The translations under genes and the position numbers were made by a program. A stretch of DNA of 64,000 bases, taken from the NCBI GenBank assembly GCA_964035575.1, contig OZ037844.1:124001-188000 (forward strand). Direction: 5' to 3'. This DNA is from Rhynchopus sp. YZ270_cl-10. Taxonomy: Eukaryota. This document shows, piece by piece, positions 42,773 to 55,684 of the stretch. A model generated the notes under the pieces. It was not told where the DNA came from. It was given only the letters and a program-made list of their open reading frames with translations, and did not search any database. The stretch's first letter is position 1. The number at the start of each line of letters is the position of its first letter.

Positions 42773-45700
42773 CTAGCGCCGTGCAAGTCTGTCGACAGCC
42801 TTCAGGATTTGATCATCAAACATGCCCTCCCAGGTCGAGATGAGTCGTTGCGTGGCTGTGTACTGCGCGCGGTCATGGACCACGGGTAGATGACGTGCCT
42901 GTTGTGTGGAGTATTAGAAGTTATGGTAATTCCTTGAAAGGAATATTTCCCATGGTATGTGGTGTTTAAGTACCGTAAGACATATAATTATATGGATCGT
43001 AAAAAAGTTCCAGTTTCCAACCGTTTCTCAAGGATGCGCTGTAAAAAAAACGAGTGATTCTCTGCGCGTATTTATGAAAAAAGCTCGTTGCATTCCCACT
43101 ATCGTTTCCGCTGCGCTCTCTATACTATATTCCACTCCATTTTGTTTTCTCATAGAATAAAAATCCCAAATCCTCCAAACGCATTAGTTGTGCTTGCATA
43201 CCCACGACGTGATCCTGGTCTCTGCCATCTGCAGGAAGGGGTTCTCCTCCACGGAAGCCTCCTTCAGCAAGGCATCAAGCAGGTACCAGCACGACAGCGA
43301 CACCTTGGCAGTGGCCGCGCGCTGCACACGACGCTCCCAGGCGGCAAGGATCTCGGGCGCCTGCTGCAGGCGTGAGAAGGCAGCCTTCGTGAGCTTCTCA
43401 ATGGCGGCACGCTTGATGCCGTCGCGCAGGTCCACCTCCATCATGTCGGCGTACCACTCCACAGCCTTTTCGTCCATAAAGGGACCAGCAGGGCGTGCCT
43501 CGCCGCTGCGTCCACTTCGAGCAGCGTCACGCTCACGATCGCGATCACGATCACGGTCACGGCGCTCGCGCGATGTGTCACGGTCACGGTCACGGTCACG
43601 GTGTTCACGTTCCCGAAGATCGCGAGAGTCACGTTCCCGATCACGAAGATCACGTTCACGCTCACGCGGGTCACGTTCCCGCTCACGAGGTTTGCGTTCA
43701 TTATGCGCCTGTGCCTGCGCCAGTCTGTCACGTGCCTCACGAAGCTCACGCTGTGCATCCCTGTGCAGAGGGTCCTCACGGGATCTTTCACGTATGTCAC
43801 GTGGTGGTGGTACCTGAGGTGATGTGAAAGGTGTGCAAGGTCACGTAAAGGTATACATAGGAGAATAGGAAAAACATGTACCGAACCCGAAGCCTCCATA
43901 CGACAAGCTTGATGGTGGGCTTGTTGCTGGTCGCACTTTTTTCATTCTCAAAAATGCCATTTATATCGACGCAAAAAGAAAATTGATACCTCCTCAGCAC
44001 GCTTTGCCCGTTCTGCCTCTTCGATCTTCTGCTGCTCTTCAGCTGCAGCGCGCTCTGCGAGATACTTCACCATGTCTGGGTTGAACTGCGTGTTTGGCGA
44101 CTCTGCTGGCCGGTCGACACGCCCTTCGTAGAGCTCGTCTACCCCAAAGCGGTACATAGCCATGAACGCAGGCATGAAGTCCGAGATGGCAAGGTGCACA
44201 TTCTGCACTGTGAGCTGCTGGCCGGTGTTCTTCTTCTCCTTCTCGACCATCCCCGCGTACGGGTACACTGCCAGGTAGGTTTGCACTGACTTGAACACAT
44301 CCATGAAGCTGGTGTGCCGCTTTTCCCATGGGTTCGCTGCGCTAGCAATGAGGACATTGCCTTGGTACATGCGTGTCACGCTGTGCACTGTGCCGAGCTC
44401 TCTCAGGTCTTTGATGTGTGTCTTGACGAGGACCTCGCGGATGGCGACTTTGCCGTTGACAGTTTCGATGTCGGGGTGCGCACGGAGCGACAGCAGCAAG
44501 GTCTCGAGGTGGATGAGGATGCGCATCAGGCGCTGCTTCTGGTTGTGCGCCGTCGCGTGCAGCGGGTTGCAGCCGTAGCACGCAGACATCTCGGCGTTGT
44601 GCGAATGCTTCCTGAGCAGCGTGCGCAGCGTCTCCCTCAGCGCATCGTCCTCAATGTAGATCGCACTCCGCGGCTCAGCAAAGTCGTCTCCCGTCGCCGC
44701 CAACCGCATCTGTTCAAGACGGATGCGTTTTCTCGCCTTTGTTTTGCTCTCCCCAGGGAGCCTCTCGATTTCGGGTCTCTTCCGCTTCTCACCCGGCTGC
44801 TCATCCAGCACTTCTGTCTCGGGTGTGCCTGTGGCGTCAATGGGCATGGTGGTGGGCGTGGTGGTAGGAGTGGTGGTGGTGGCGGTGGTGGTGGTGGTGT
44901 TCTCCACTGCCCGCGTCTGTGGCGGAGGTGGTGCCCGCTGCACAACGGTGTAGGCCTGTGGAAAGCGCTGTGCGGAGAGTATCTCTGCGACGCACTGCCA
45001 CAGCGTCCATGCAGGCGCTGCTGAGGTTTCTGCTGTGTCCTGCATCTTGTCGTCCGACAGAGAGACAGAGGTGCTCGCAGACAGCATCGTGCGCAGGGCA
45101 CCCCAAGCAGCATGCACCATGTGCAGATCTGCCGCCACCTCGTCAGGTGTCGCGTACGAAGTCGCCCGCGTCCGGACGTCCGCCAGCGTCTCCCTTTCAA
45201 ACAGGGAAACCACGCGCCGTGTTGCCGTGTCGTAGTACATTTCGTGTGGGAGCAGCACGCAGCGGTGCTGTGTGATGTACCCAAGACGGCCGTTGAGGAG
45301 GTGTGCTGTGGCCTTGCGGAAGTACTGCGAGCCTTCGCTACATTCCTGTGGGCAAATTGGGGGGTAAAAAAACAAAACAAAAACAACCCCTGATGATTTT
45401 GGTCAGACACATACCTTCGGGACTGCCATCAGCGTGCAGCCCTCTGCAGCGCCGCATCCCTCCCCGAAGAGCGCTGTTGCGGAGTCTGCCTCCAGCGCCA
45501 CCCATGGTGTGTCCAGACGCACACGCGCCGTCTGCATGATGTCCGCAAGGCGTGTCTGCAGCTCGTGGAAGAAGCGCGCACCACCTATGCCACCACCACC
45601 GCCACCCAGCGACGGGAGCACAAGGAACGTGGTCTCCAGCGCATCCTGCATGACACGACCGAGGGACACATACCGGTGCTGCTCAAGCACAAGGTTGGGC

Positions 45701-46197
45701 ACTGCACGCAGTGCGAGGAACTCCTCCGTAATCCTGGTCGAATCCCTCACCGACAGCCACATCCCCTCTACGGCAGTGGGATCCACATCCGCCTCCGGCA
45801 ACACCATACCCGACGGCCTGTCCAGACAGAGCCAACCTTCACGGTCGACCACTGCCCCGCACAGCGCCCCTTCTGCCCCCGCAGCAACTACGCCTGCCGC
45901 AGCTCGGATCAAATCCAGCACCTTCCCCGCAACACGCACTGTCACCAGGTCCTCTTGGTCCAAAAGCTCGACCGTCAGGCCTGTCGTCTCCATATCGCAC
46001 ACAGCCTCCACCCCCTTCAGCACGTCGTCCCGGAACGGTGCTGCTGCAACATCTGCGTCAACTGCATCTGCACTACCTGCTACCCGTACGAACAGTGTCG
46101 CTGAGACCTGTCCGAGGTAATAGGCATGGCGTTTGCCGGGAACTGGAGCAATGTGCTCTTTGTCTTTGAACAAAATGCCGCCCTCAATGAGCGCCAT
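42773..46197 (-). CDS. Large protein with RD/RE dipeptide region and C-terminal CID (CTD-interacting domain)-like fold, 4 exons: 45415-46197, 43990-45345, 43202-43813, 42773-42898
   Basis: Three phase-0 GT-AG introns keep the frame (PK|EC, EE|VP, SW|AR). WYLLDALLKE and RLISTWEGMF resemble CID motifs (YLxDSIxK, TWxxxF) of Pcf11/RPRD-type proteins. Alternative ATG at 46224. Confidence 0.72.
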
Positions 46198-46527
46198 TTG
46201 GGTGGTTGGGGGGAGTCTGTACATTGGATTGTGTTGAGGAGGGGAGGGGAGGGGAGGGGGAGGGGGAGGGGGAGGGGGAGGGGGGCAAATTGCATTACAA
46301 AAAATTCGTTATAGTGGGATGCGGGGTACCTTTTGTTTTTTTTCCTGGATGTTTTGGTATTTTCTTTATTTCTTCGACAAAAAAAAATACCCTTTTTTTA
46401 GGGGGCGAAGGGAAGGGAGTTGTACGAAATATTTGGAAGTGTCCCAGGGATTGTACACAAACATCGTTTTTTTTTATTCTTCAAGAAAACTTGAAAGATG
46501 AAAATGTGCAGACGCACACATATCTAT

Positions 46528-46738
46528 TAAAAAAAGATCGGGTCTTTTGTTTGTGCGCTCAAAGCAGGGAAAACAAAAAGGTGAAAAAATGTGTTAAACT
46601 GAAGTACGGTTGTTGTGGTTAATTGAGTACTCAAAGAAAACAAGCAAACTTCTGTTTTTTTTTTCAATCCGTTTTGTTTGCCCTGCAGCGCTGCCTCCAA
46701 TCTTTTTAGAATTGACAACAAGTTGTTTTATCAAAAAA
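46528..46738. repeat. About 210-bp dispersed repeat
   Basis: Near-identical direct copy at about 57362-57570. Confidence 0.85.
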
Positions 46739-46888
46739 AACTGTTTAACCGGGGGAGGAGACAGGGAGGTAACCCCAGGGTATTTCCGCCCCCACGTAGG
46801 AGGGGAAGTTTTCCAAGTTTTAAAAAAAAATTGAGAGAGTAAGGGTGAGTGGAGAGTATCGATCGGAGTTGAAGAGAAAAAGAGACAG

Positions 46889-46980
46889 TACCGTATTTGT
46901 ACAAATTATTGACCGAAAAAAAAGATCGAACTTTCGTGAAAAATCCTGAAAAGGTCGATAATTTTTATACGAATACGGTA
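46889..46980. mobile_element. TA-flanked MITE, same family as 24648-24751
   Basis: taccgtatttgta...tacgaatacggta inverted ends and a similar interior. Confidence 0.65.
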
Positions 46981-48493
46981 TTCCAACCTATGCATTCAAA
47001 TTGATAGCATAGGTGTAGGGATCAAAAAAAATGTTCCCATCTTTTTCAAAAGAGAGAAAAAAACTGTTATGTATCGGATGATCCTAAGCCTCTCTGTACT
47101 TCGCTTGAAGGATTGACCCAGTTTGCCAATTGTTTAAAAAAAGGTGATTTTTAAACCAGGTATCACAGAATTTGTGTTTCATAAAAAACAAAAATCACAA
47201 CCTGAAGGCTCCGAAACGTGAAGAGCGAGTGTGAAGGAGGGAGAGGGGAGGGGGGTGACATACTTTGGTGTCCAGTATATTTTTTTTGTTTGAAAAAAGC
47301 ATTGCACGCGGGTGTGTATTCGCGAAGGTTGCAACCGCAGTGTGCATAAGAAAAAACTTGATGAAATGTGCCTCTCATCCATACACATCTTTTACTGAAG
47401 GAGGGAAATTCTTTTTTTTTTTTTTTAGGTGATATTTGGTTACGTTCGTTAAGTTGCCAAAAAAAGGGGAGAAAAGACAACACATGATCGTTCTTGGCAA
47501 CGTCTTATTTTTGTTTTTTTATTGGGGGAGACAACACAACCCAAAACCGTTTATCTTTTTTCTCCATTTTATTTTTTTCACAGTGCGCTCCCGAGAAAGG
47601 AGATCGGGACAGTTTTCTTTTCAGTAATTTTTTTGTTTTTTTGTTTTGTTTTTTAAATCGCATGGCCATTTTCTTGTTTTAGGTACATTCAAACAAATGG
47701 CGTGAAACATGGTTGAGGTATCGTTTACAAAGCGTCCTTCAACCCCTCGTGGACTCACTATGGTAGGATTATTTTAATACCAGGTATTAAAGATAACCCT
47801 AAAGCGAAAGGAGTAGAAGGAGACACAGAAAAATGGTGCTTTTAAAAAAAGAAAAAAGAAAAGAAAAGAAAACTGTCGTTTATTCGATGTGAAAGTGGTA
47901 AAAAAAAAAGAATAAATTGGTGATCCGGGGTCGATATTGACAGGTCGTTGACCGACTTCCGAAAAGCACCAATCATGGTATTGTGTGTGTAGGGGTGTTT
48001 TTTTGTTTCTCATTACTGTTTCTCTTTCAAAAGAAAAGGGGGATGGGGAATTTGAAAAATGCTTTTGAAAGAATGTAGGAGATAAAAAAATGTTGGGAGG
48101 TTGGGGGGGGGGTTTTTTACGGGGGGGGGGAAACAGATGTAAGCTCACAGTGTTTGCTTACTAGAAGGGGGGGTTAAAAAAAATGTGCAGGCTGGGACAA
48201 AAAAACCAACAGCCATCCATGAGGACCTAATATGCAGAAAATATCTGGTTGGTACACTCTCATTTTATGTATTTTTTTTTGTATTGTAACCCTGTCGTAT
48301 TAAATAAAAAAATAGTGCAAAAGATTAAAAGGAAGAATCTGCATGATTGGTTCTTCAGCTTTTTTTGCTTTTTGATTTTCCCTTTTTTTGATACACCTGA
48401 ACAGCATTTAAACCCAAAAACGAAAAACACATTTTACACATTTATATTAACCCCTTTTTTGCTTTTTTCGACCCAGCAATACAGAGATACAGC

Positions 48494-50112
48494 TTACAGG
48501 TGGAACAGCTTAACGTCCGATTTCTGTAAAGGGGGAAGTTTAAAAGTGTTACGTGTCTTTCTCATACCTTCATCGTGTCCGACACAGCCCCCGAACGGAT
48601 GGTGTCCAAGGCTGCCTCCATGTCGGTGTACGTGAAGCGGTCTCCCTCCAGTGCAGGGACGACCTTGCGCAGTGTCTTCATGATGCGTGCAGTGCCCTTG
48701 CCCTCCTTGACGTGCTTGTTGAACTCACGTCCCTGCGCGGCGCAGAGAAGCTCGATGGAGACGACGGACTCTGTGTTCTCAAGGATCTCACGCGCCTTGC
48801 GTGCTGCGTGCGTTCCCATGGAGACGTGGTCCTCCTGGTTTGCGGAGGTAGGGATCGTGTCGACGGAGGAGGGGTGCGCCAGCACCTTGTTCTCGGAGCA
48901 CAGTGCTGCGGAGGCGACCTGCGCAATCATGTATCCGGAGTGCAGCCCCGGGGAGGGTGCCAGGAAGCCGGGCATGTTGCTCAGGTCGGGGTTGACAAGC
49001 TGCTCGGTACGGCGCTCGGAGATGTTGGCGATGGTGCACAGCGCTGTGGAGAGGTAGTCCATGGTCATGGAGATGGGCATGCCGTGGAAGTGGCCTGCGG
49101 AGAGGATCTCCTTTGTGTCGGGGAAGAGGATCGGGTTGTCGGTCACAGAGTTGATCTCCGTGGCGAGGGTCTGCGCGACGTGGTTGAGTGCGTTCTTGAC
49201 CTGCCCGTGGACGATGGGGATGCAGCGCAGGGAGTAGGGGTCCTGCACACGGTCGCAGTCGCGGTGGGATGCAAGCACCTCAGAGTCCTTCAGCATCTCA
49301 CGCATGTTGTGCGAGGTGGCACGGTGTCCGCCGCAGCCCTTCAGAACCGCAAGGCGGTCGTCAAATGGCGTCAGCGTTCCCATGAGAGCCTCGATGGAGA
49401 GTGCGGCAACACCGTCCGCAGCAAGGACCAGGTTCTGTGCGCGGAGGGTCGTGACAATGGCAGTGCTCTTCATGATCTCAGTGCCGTTGATCAGAGCCAG
49501 CCCCTCCTTCGCGGTCAGCTCAATCGGCGTCTCTCCAATCTCCGCAAGCGCCTTCTTTGCGTCCATCAAGACGTACTTTCCGTCCTTCTTCAGATACGCC
49601 TGACCGTACCCCATGTACGCTGCCGCCATGTGGGACAGTGGTGCGAGATCTCCCGAGGCTCCGACGGAGCCCTTCTTCGGGATGAACGGGACAAAGTGCT
49701 TGTTGAACATGCGGACAAGGAACTCAACGAGCTCGAGACGCACACCAGAGTGTCCCTGGGTGAGCCCGTTGAGGCGGAGGATCTGCGTGATGCGCACCTC
49801 CTCAGCAGGCATCGGCTCACCCACACCGCAGCAGTGCGAGAGCACAAGGTTCGTCTGCAGGTCCGCAAGCTCGTGCTCCTTGATGGCGACGTTCTTCAGC
49901 TTGCCAAACCCAGTCGTCAACCCGTAGATGATGTTACCCTCCTTCACGTGGTAGTCCACCAGCGCACGTGCCTCCTGCACTCTCTTCTTGGCATTTGCGC
50001 TCAGCTCCAGCTTGCACGCATTCCCCCTGCTCACATCCTCAAACTCCTTCAAAGTCAGCGACTTCGTTCCGCTCAACTTAATGGTCGAGCTCAGAACACG
50101 GCTGGCCTTCAT
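48494..50112 (-). CDS. hutH: Histidine ammonia-lyase (histidase); probable 44-nt intron 48524-48567 adding KSDVKLFHL*
   Basis: YGLTTGFG, MIO-forming GSVGASGDLAPLSH, KEGLALINGT, VQDPYSLRC, NSVTDNP, GHFHG, SANQEDHVSMG. The unspliced alternative ends at 48562. Confidence 0.95.
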
Positions 50113-53100
50113 TTTGGTAGGTTTTTTTTTGTCGGGTTGTTTTCTGTTGTGGTGGTTGTGTGGACGCTGGGTAGGTGATATTACAAACAAGAAAAAAAGG
50201 GGGGGTGCAAGTGCTTTTTTTTACCTCTTCTTGTGAGCGTTGTGTGAGGGATGTGGGGGGGGGATTGTTTATTTAACGATGGTTGGCTTGTGTGTTAGAA
50301 ATATTGCTTTTCTTCTTGATAACAGAAACACCGTGCTACCGTAATGATACAGCTGTTTTGAACTGCACAAAAAAGTACTGGGAAGGCCAAAAAAAAAAAC
50401 AAATAATTTGGTGTGGATCACCCAAACGGATTCTCCGTGGTTCCCCTGAAGGTGCTCCGCAAATCTTAATATAGCCCGAAACAGTTCTCCGTACCCCTGA
50501 ATCACACCATAATTGCTATCGAAAAAAAAAACGGGGGGACCCACGCTCCTGGAACTCCTCCCTGTAGAAATAATCTACAACAGGCCCAGCACACTCTGCT
50601 CTTCTGGAGGTATTCAGTGAGGTGTGGGAAAAGTTTTTTAACGATGAACCTAAGCCTCGCTTCGCTTGGTCACCTTCTTAGAAAAAAGCAATACTGGCCA
50701 GGGTATCAGTATCATGGCATTCCACAACGTATGATACGTACACGGCATTTTCTTCTTTTATTTCCACTGTACTTTTGTGGTAGGATCAGACACTGACTAA
50801 CCGATAGTTCGTTTATTTTTGTTCTTTCGGCAGTCGCGAGACTGTGGTACACAACCTCGGCTTGTTTAAACGTGGTTGTGTTAGTGTAGACACGAGGATG
50901 CGATCCACGACACTTTTCTTGTATTTTATTGTGTACAGCGGGAATTGTTTGTTCCTGCCTTTCTGTAACAGGGAGAATAACGCAAAATTCATATTCTGAC
51001 TTTTTTGTTTCTGGTGACATCCACAGTTGTCAGGTCCAGAGCGGGGTGAGCAACTTGGATGAGAACAAAAAATGAGTCTGTCTCAATTGCACACCCCGTT
51101 TTTTTGCTCACCCAAATTGCTCACCCACCTGGACCTGAAAACTGCGTACAAATCAGAAATGACGCACAAATACAATCATCTGAGGGGAGATGGTGTCTGT
51201 TTTTTTTTTGAAGAATTCTCTTCTTTTGAAGCCGTTCGAAAAAAAAAGTTAAAATTTTAAAACAAAAAGCAAAAAAAAAGACGTGCACTGGCGAAAGGAA
51301 CAGCACCCACGACACAAAAAAAAAAAAGGAGAAATTTGAAAAAAATCAAAATGGTAAAAGCGCCCTGCTCTACCATTGGTGTGTGGGAAGGTGCACAGTA
51401 TCTCTCGACGACACGACGTATTCTGTTTAAAAAAAAATGCACACCAGAAGAGAAAGAAAGAAAAAGAGTAGAAACACAATCTGGTGTGCGTTCGTTCGAT
51501 TTTAAAATGTTTTTTTTTTTTTTTGAAAATAAATTTATTTAAAAAAAAAACAAAAGCGGGATAAAGGGGGTGGTATTACCGTGGTAAGTGGGTCGGTGGG
51601 AGGGAGACAGCACCTTTCAAAAAATAACACCTTTTTTTCTTGTTTTGAAAATTTCGTTGTATTTGTGTAGACACCCCAAGGATGAGCTCCACTATTTTTT
51701 TTCTCTTTGTTTTGTTTGGTGTATGGGGTGTGGTGTGGTGGGGGTGGACGACGCACTAGCCATGTCAGGTGATATTACTAGCAACATCACCTAGCGAAAA
51801 ATGTACGACAGGTGGGCACCTGTCATATTACAGGTACCACATGCCATTACTACAAAAAAGTACTCCACAGAATAACTAGAAATATTTACTACCAGTAATA
51901 CCATGGACTGTGACCAGTACGTCGGGGGCTGTGGGGCTGTGAGAGTTTCTGCCCACACTCTCTCTGAGGGTTTGTAAGGTGGTTTGTGGTCGTAAATACA
52001 TAAAACAAAAGGTGACTGTAGCACCACACTGTCCCTTTGAGCGGGATGCGGGTGATGCTTTTTTGCTCTACTTTATGATTTATCAAAGAAAGGTTGACAA
52101 AAAAAAAGGTTTATAAGATGAACCTAAGCCTATCTGAGCTTAGCCGCATTATAAAAAAAAACTACCGAAACAAATTGCAGACGTTTTAAAAACTAGATTA
52201 ACAATAAACCACGCGATCAAAAAAAAAAAAAGAACAAAAAATTGACAAATGACAAATGCAATAATGTTGACAAAAATGTAATAAAAGTTGAAAAACTTAA
52301 AAAAAAAATTAAAATGATAATTTGCTTAGTGTAGATGCCCATTCAGGCAGGCCTCACTAAAAAAGACTCTCAAGAGTTTTTTTAAAAAAGACAAAACAAT
52401 AATAAAAAAAAGGTAAGAGCAGGGGTGTTGAATGTATTGTGGAATACTAACAAAAGGACGCAATCACACGTTTTTTTTTTAGGGATTTGTTTCACATCAA
52501 ACACAAATGATGCACTGGTGAGAATTGTGAAGTTCCAGGGGAGGAATTGGTGGGGTTCTTTTCTTTTCCCATTTTTTTCCCCATTTTTTTCAGCGAGAAG
52601 AGGGAGGTGTGCATCAGATGGCACCTCTGCCTTCTCGCTCAAAATGGTTTTTAAAGTGACAAAAGAAAAAAATACTCGCCAATAAAGTGTTCAGTTCAAA
52701 GCTTTTCATTGCAGATAATTCATGGGGGGGTTCATCGAAGGTCAGTAGGTAATAATGATCTGTAGGTGTAAAGTGTAGCCACCGATTTCGGACTGTCTTC
52801 ACATAATTTAGACGGTGAAAATAAATGACTGATTTCTCTGTTGTGATAAGCCACAAGTCAAGTCATTTTACTTCAGCGTCAGATGCAGAAGTTCAAAAGA
52901 AGAACAAAACTACTCTCTTAAAAAGTAGCAACAAAGTGAAAATCGTTTCACGCAGTCGAAAAAAAAGAAATTTTAAAAGAGATTTATAAGCTGACCCTAA
53001 GCCTCTCTGTGCTTTGTCACCTTTTCAGTTACCTTTTTTTAGATCACCTTTGGTTTTTTTTGGCACTGTTTTTGTTTTGTTTTCAGAAGCACAATTTTTT

Positions 53101-55392
53101 TTTTAAAAAATGCGCTGATCCTCAACTCTCCTCCACTACATTCTGCAAGAAAAGACTAATGCAAGTTACCGTGTTTTTTTTATTGCGCATGCTAAGTCCT
53201 ATTACAATGCTGAAGAATTTATTTACCTTCCATAAATATTCAAAAAAAAAATGGTATTTCCAACAACAGACGGACTCACGCTTTTTTTTGACAAAAGAAA
53301 AATACGGTTTTATGTTCTGTTCACCCATTGAGGGGTGAAGGGGAGGGGGAAGAAAAAAATAGAGAGAGAGAAAGGCGGGGTTGATGACCAAGTCTCGCTT
53401 AGCGACCCCTTTTTTTTTTGCAGGTACTTTGTTCACAGAGAGAGGGTGTACCGCGTGTGCGGACCTCTTGCTGAAAAAAAAAAAACAAAATTTTCATATA
53501 CTTTCCATTCGCAGAGAAAGCAGAAAAAAGAAGAAACAAAACAAAGAAAACTTGAAAGCTGAATGTGCCGTTTCGACACAACATCTTTCCAGAAATATAC
53601 GAGATCGTTGTATGAAGTCAGGGGGGGTATGCCCCTATGTCAGAAAGAGGGAAGGAAAAAAAAAATCTTGAAAAAAATCAATGCATCACACGGATGCAAA
53701 TCAATCTCAAGGAGAGAGGGAAAAAAGGGCGAAGCTTTGTTTTGGTTCTGGCGTAGTGATCCTCAGAAAATATGAGCAAACTTTTTTTGTTATACCTACC
53801 CCAAGTAGGTACTATACACTTTACGAGGTAATCCCAAGCTTGTTTAGATCCTCCTGACATGGTATTTGACTGCGCGACTAGGGTTGGTCTGTCGACTCGC
53901 GACTAACATCACCAAACTCGGGTCTAAATCAGGTGGGAGGCCGTCGGAACGTTGAAACATTAATGGTGCTCCGTGAGGGGTCGATATTGACAGGTCGCTG
54001 ACACAGGGACTTTATACACACACCCCCCTGATATTGACAGGTCGCTGACCGACTTCCGAACCAATTAATGCAAACTTGAAAGGCTACAAAGAAAAGTTGT
54101 GGAGAAACGATGAACGTAGTAGATGTGGCTCTCGTGTACATATAAATCAAACCAAAACAAAGTGTAGGACGTTGTTTGTAAGAACACAAAAAAAAAATAT
54201 ACGAAAAATCTGTACAAAAAATCAGAACTCAGGGACAGTGAAGCCCGTGACAGATGGTGTGTGGGAAAAATGGTACTTCGCTGAAAACGCAGACATCACA
54301 TAGGATGCAAGCAAGAAGAAGAGACATTTTTCAAAAAAAAAAAAAGAAAAAGTACAGACTAACGAAAAAAAAATGCCCTTTTTTTGAGGGAGCAAGCAGC
54401 GCTAAACCCTGTAGATTTAAAAAAAAAAAATAAGATGACGTTTTATTCATTTGTTTCTCTCCCTCCTCTTGCAAGAGTAGTTGTGGTTATCTACACATAA
54501 AATCACTACTACCCTTGAAGGAAGGGAAAGAATAAGCTCTTTTCGCATGCCTAAAACAGTGTTTTTTAGTCTTTTCTTGCTTTTGGCATACTCCTGTTTT
54601 TTTTCCTGCATATCCGACCACCTGATTTGTGATATGTCCAGCGCTTTTCATTAAGACAAACACTGGTGAGGTAAAAAACCCTCCGTTTTGAAATTCCAAA
54701 AAATCCACCTTAGTTTTTTACCCCACCGGTGTTTTACCTATCGAAGCCTATCGAAGGGTAGTGGTAATATACACGTTTTATGAGCTGATTCCAAGCTTGT
54801 TAGATCCATACTGATATGGTATTTGGCCCAACACCACCAAACTCGGGTCAAAATCAAGGTGGTCTGAATACAAAAAAAAAAAAAATGCTAAAAAGGACCG
54901 CGACGTTTTTTTTTTTTACCCTAAAAATTTCTAAAGAGAAGCTTTTTAGGGGCTGTATAATCATGATGAATGTAATTTTATTTTTGATTTTTTTTGCTGG
55001 TATTTTTTTTTGTGGAAGTCGCACACTTTTTGTGTGCTGGAGGAAAAAGCTCGTTTTTTTTCGAGAGCCTATTCCATGTGGTTCACACATACGCTTCATT
55101 TTGGTATAAGCGCAGTGGGAGTGGTGTGCCAAGTATGTGTGCTATGGTGCAGTTCAAGCGCAATTTGATGGTTAGTTCAAAAACATTTTTTGGACTATTT
55201 CTTTTTGGAACAAAAAGAAATACCCTCAAGGTTTGTACCACAACACAATCAAGTTTTACAAAAAAAAGATACAAATTATGGTGTGACCACCCAAACCGAT
55301 TCTCCGAGGTTCTTCCGTGGTTCTTCCGTAGGTACTCCGGTAAGGGGGGTATACGTGTGTGACCATCTGGGGTATGGTCACACACAGGTAGC

Positions 55393-55684
55393 ATACACAG
55401 TATACACAGTATACACAGTATACACAGTATACACAGTATACACAGTATACACAGTATACACAGTATACACAGTATACACAGTATACACAGTATACACAGT
55501 ATACACAGTATACACAGTATACACAGTATACACAGTATACACAGTATACACAGTATACACAGTATACACAGTATACACAGTATACACAGTATACACAGTA
55601 TACACAGTATACACAGTATACACAGTATACACAGTATACACAGTATACACAGTATACACAGTATACACAGTATACACAGTATAC
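55393..55684. repeat. (GTATACACA)n array, about 32 units
   Basis: Directly visible. Confidence 0.98.

Noticed and set aside
48553..50178. 541-aa + strand ORF
   Set aside because: Antisense shadow of the high-GC3 histidase gene.
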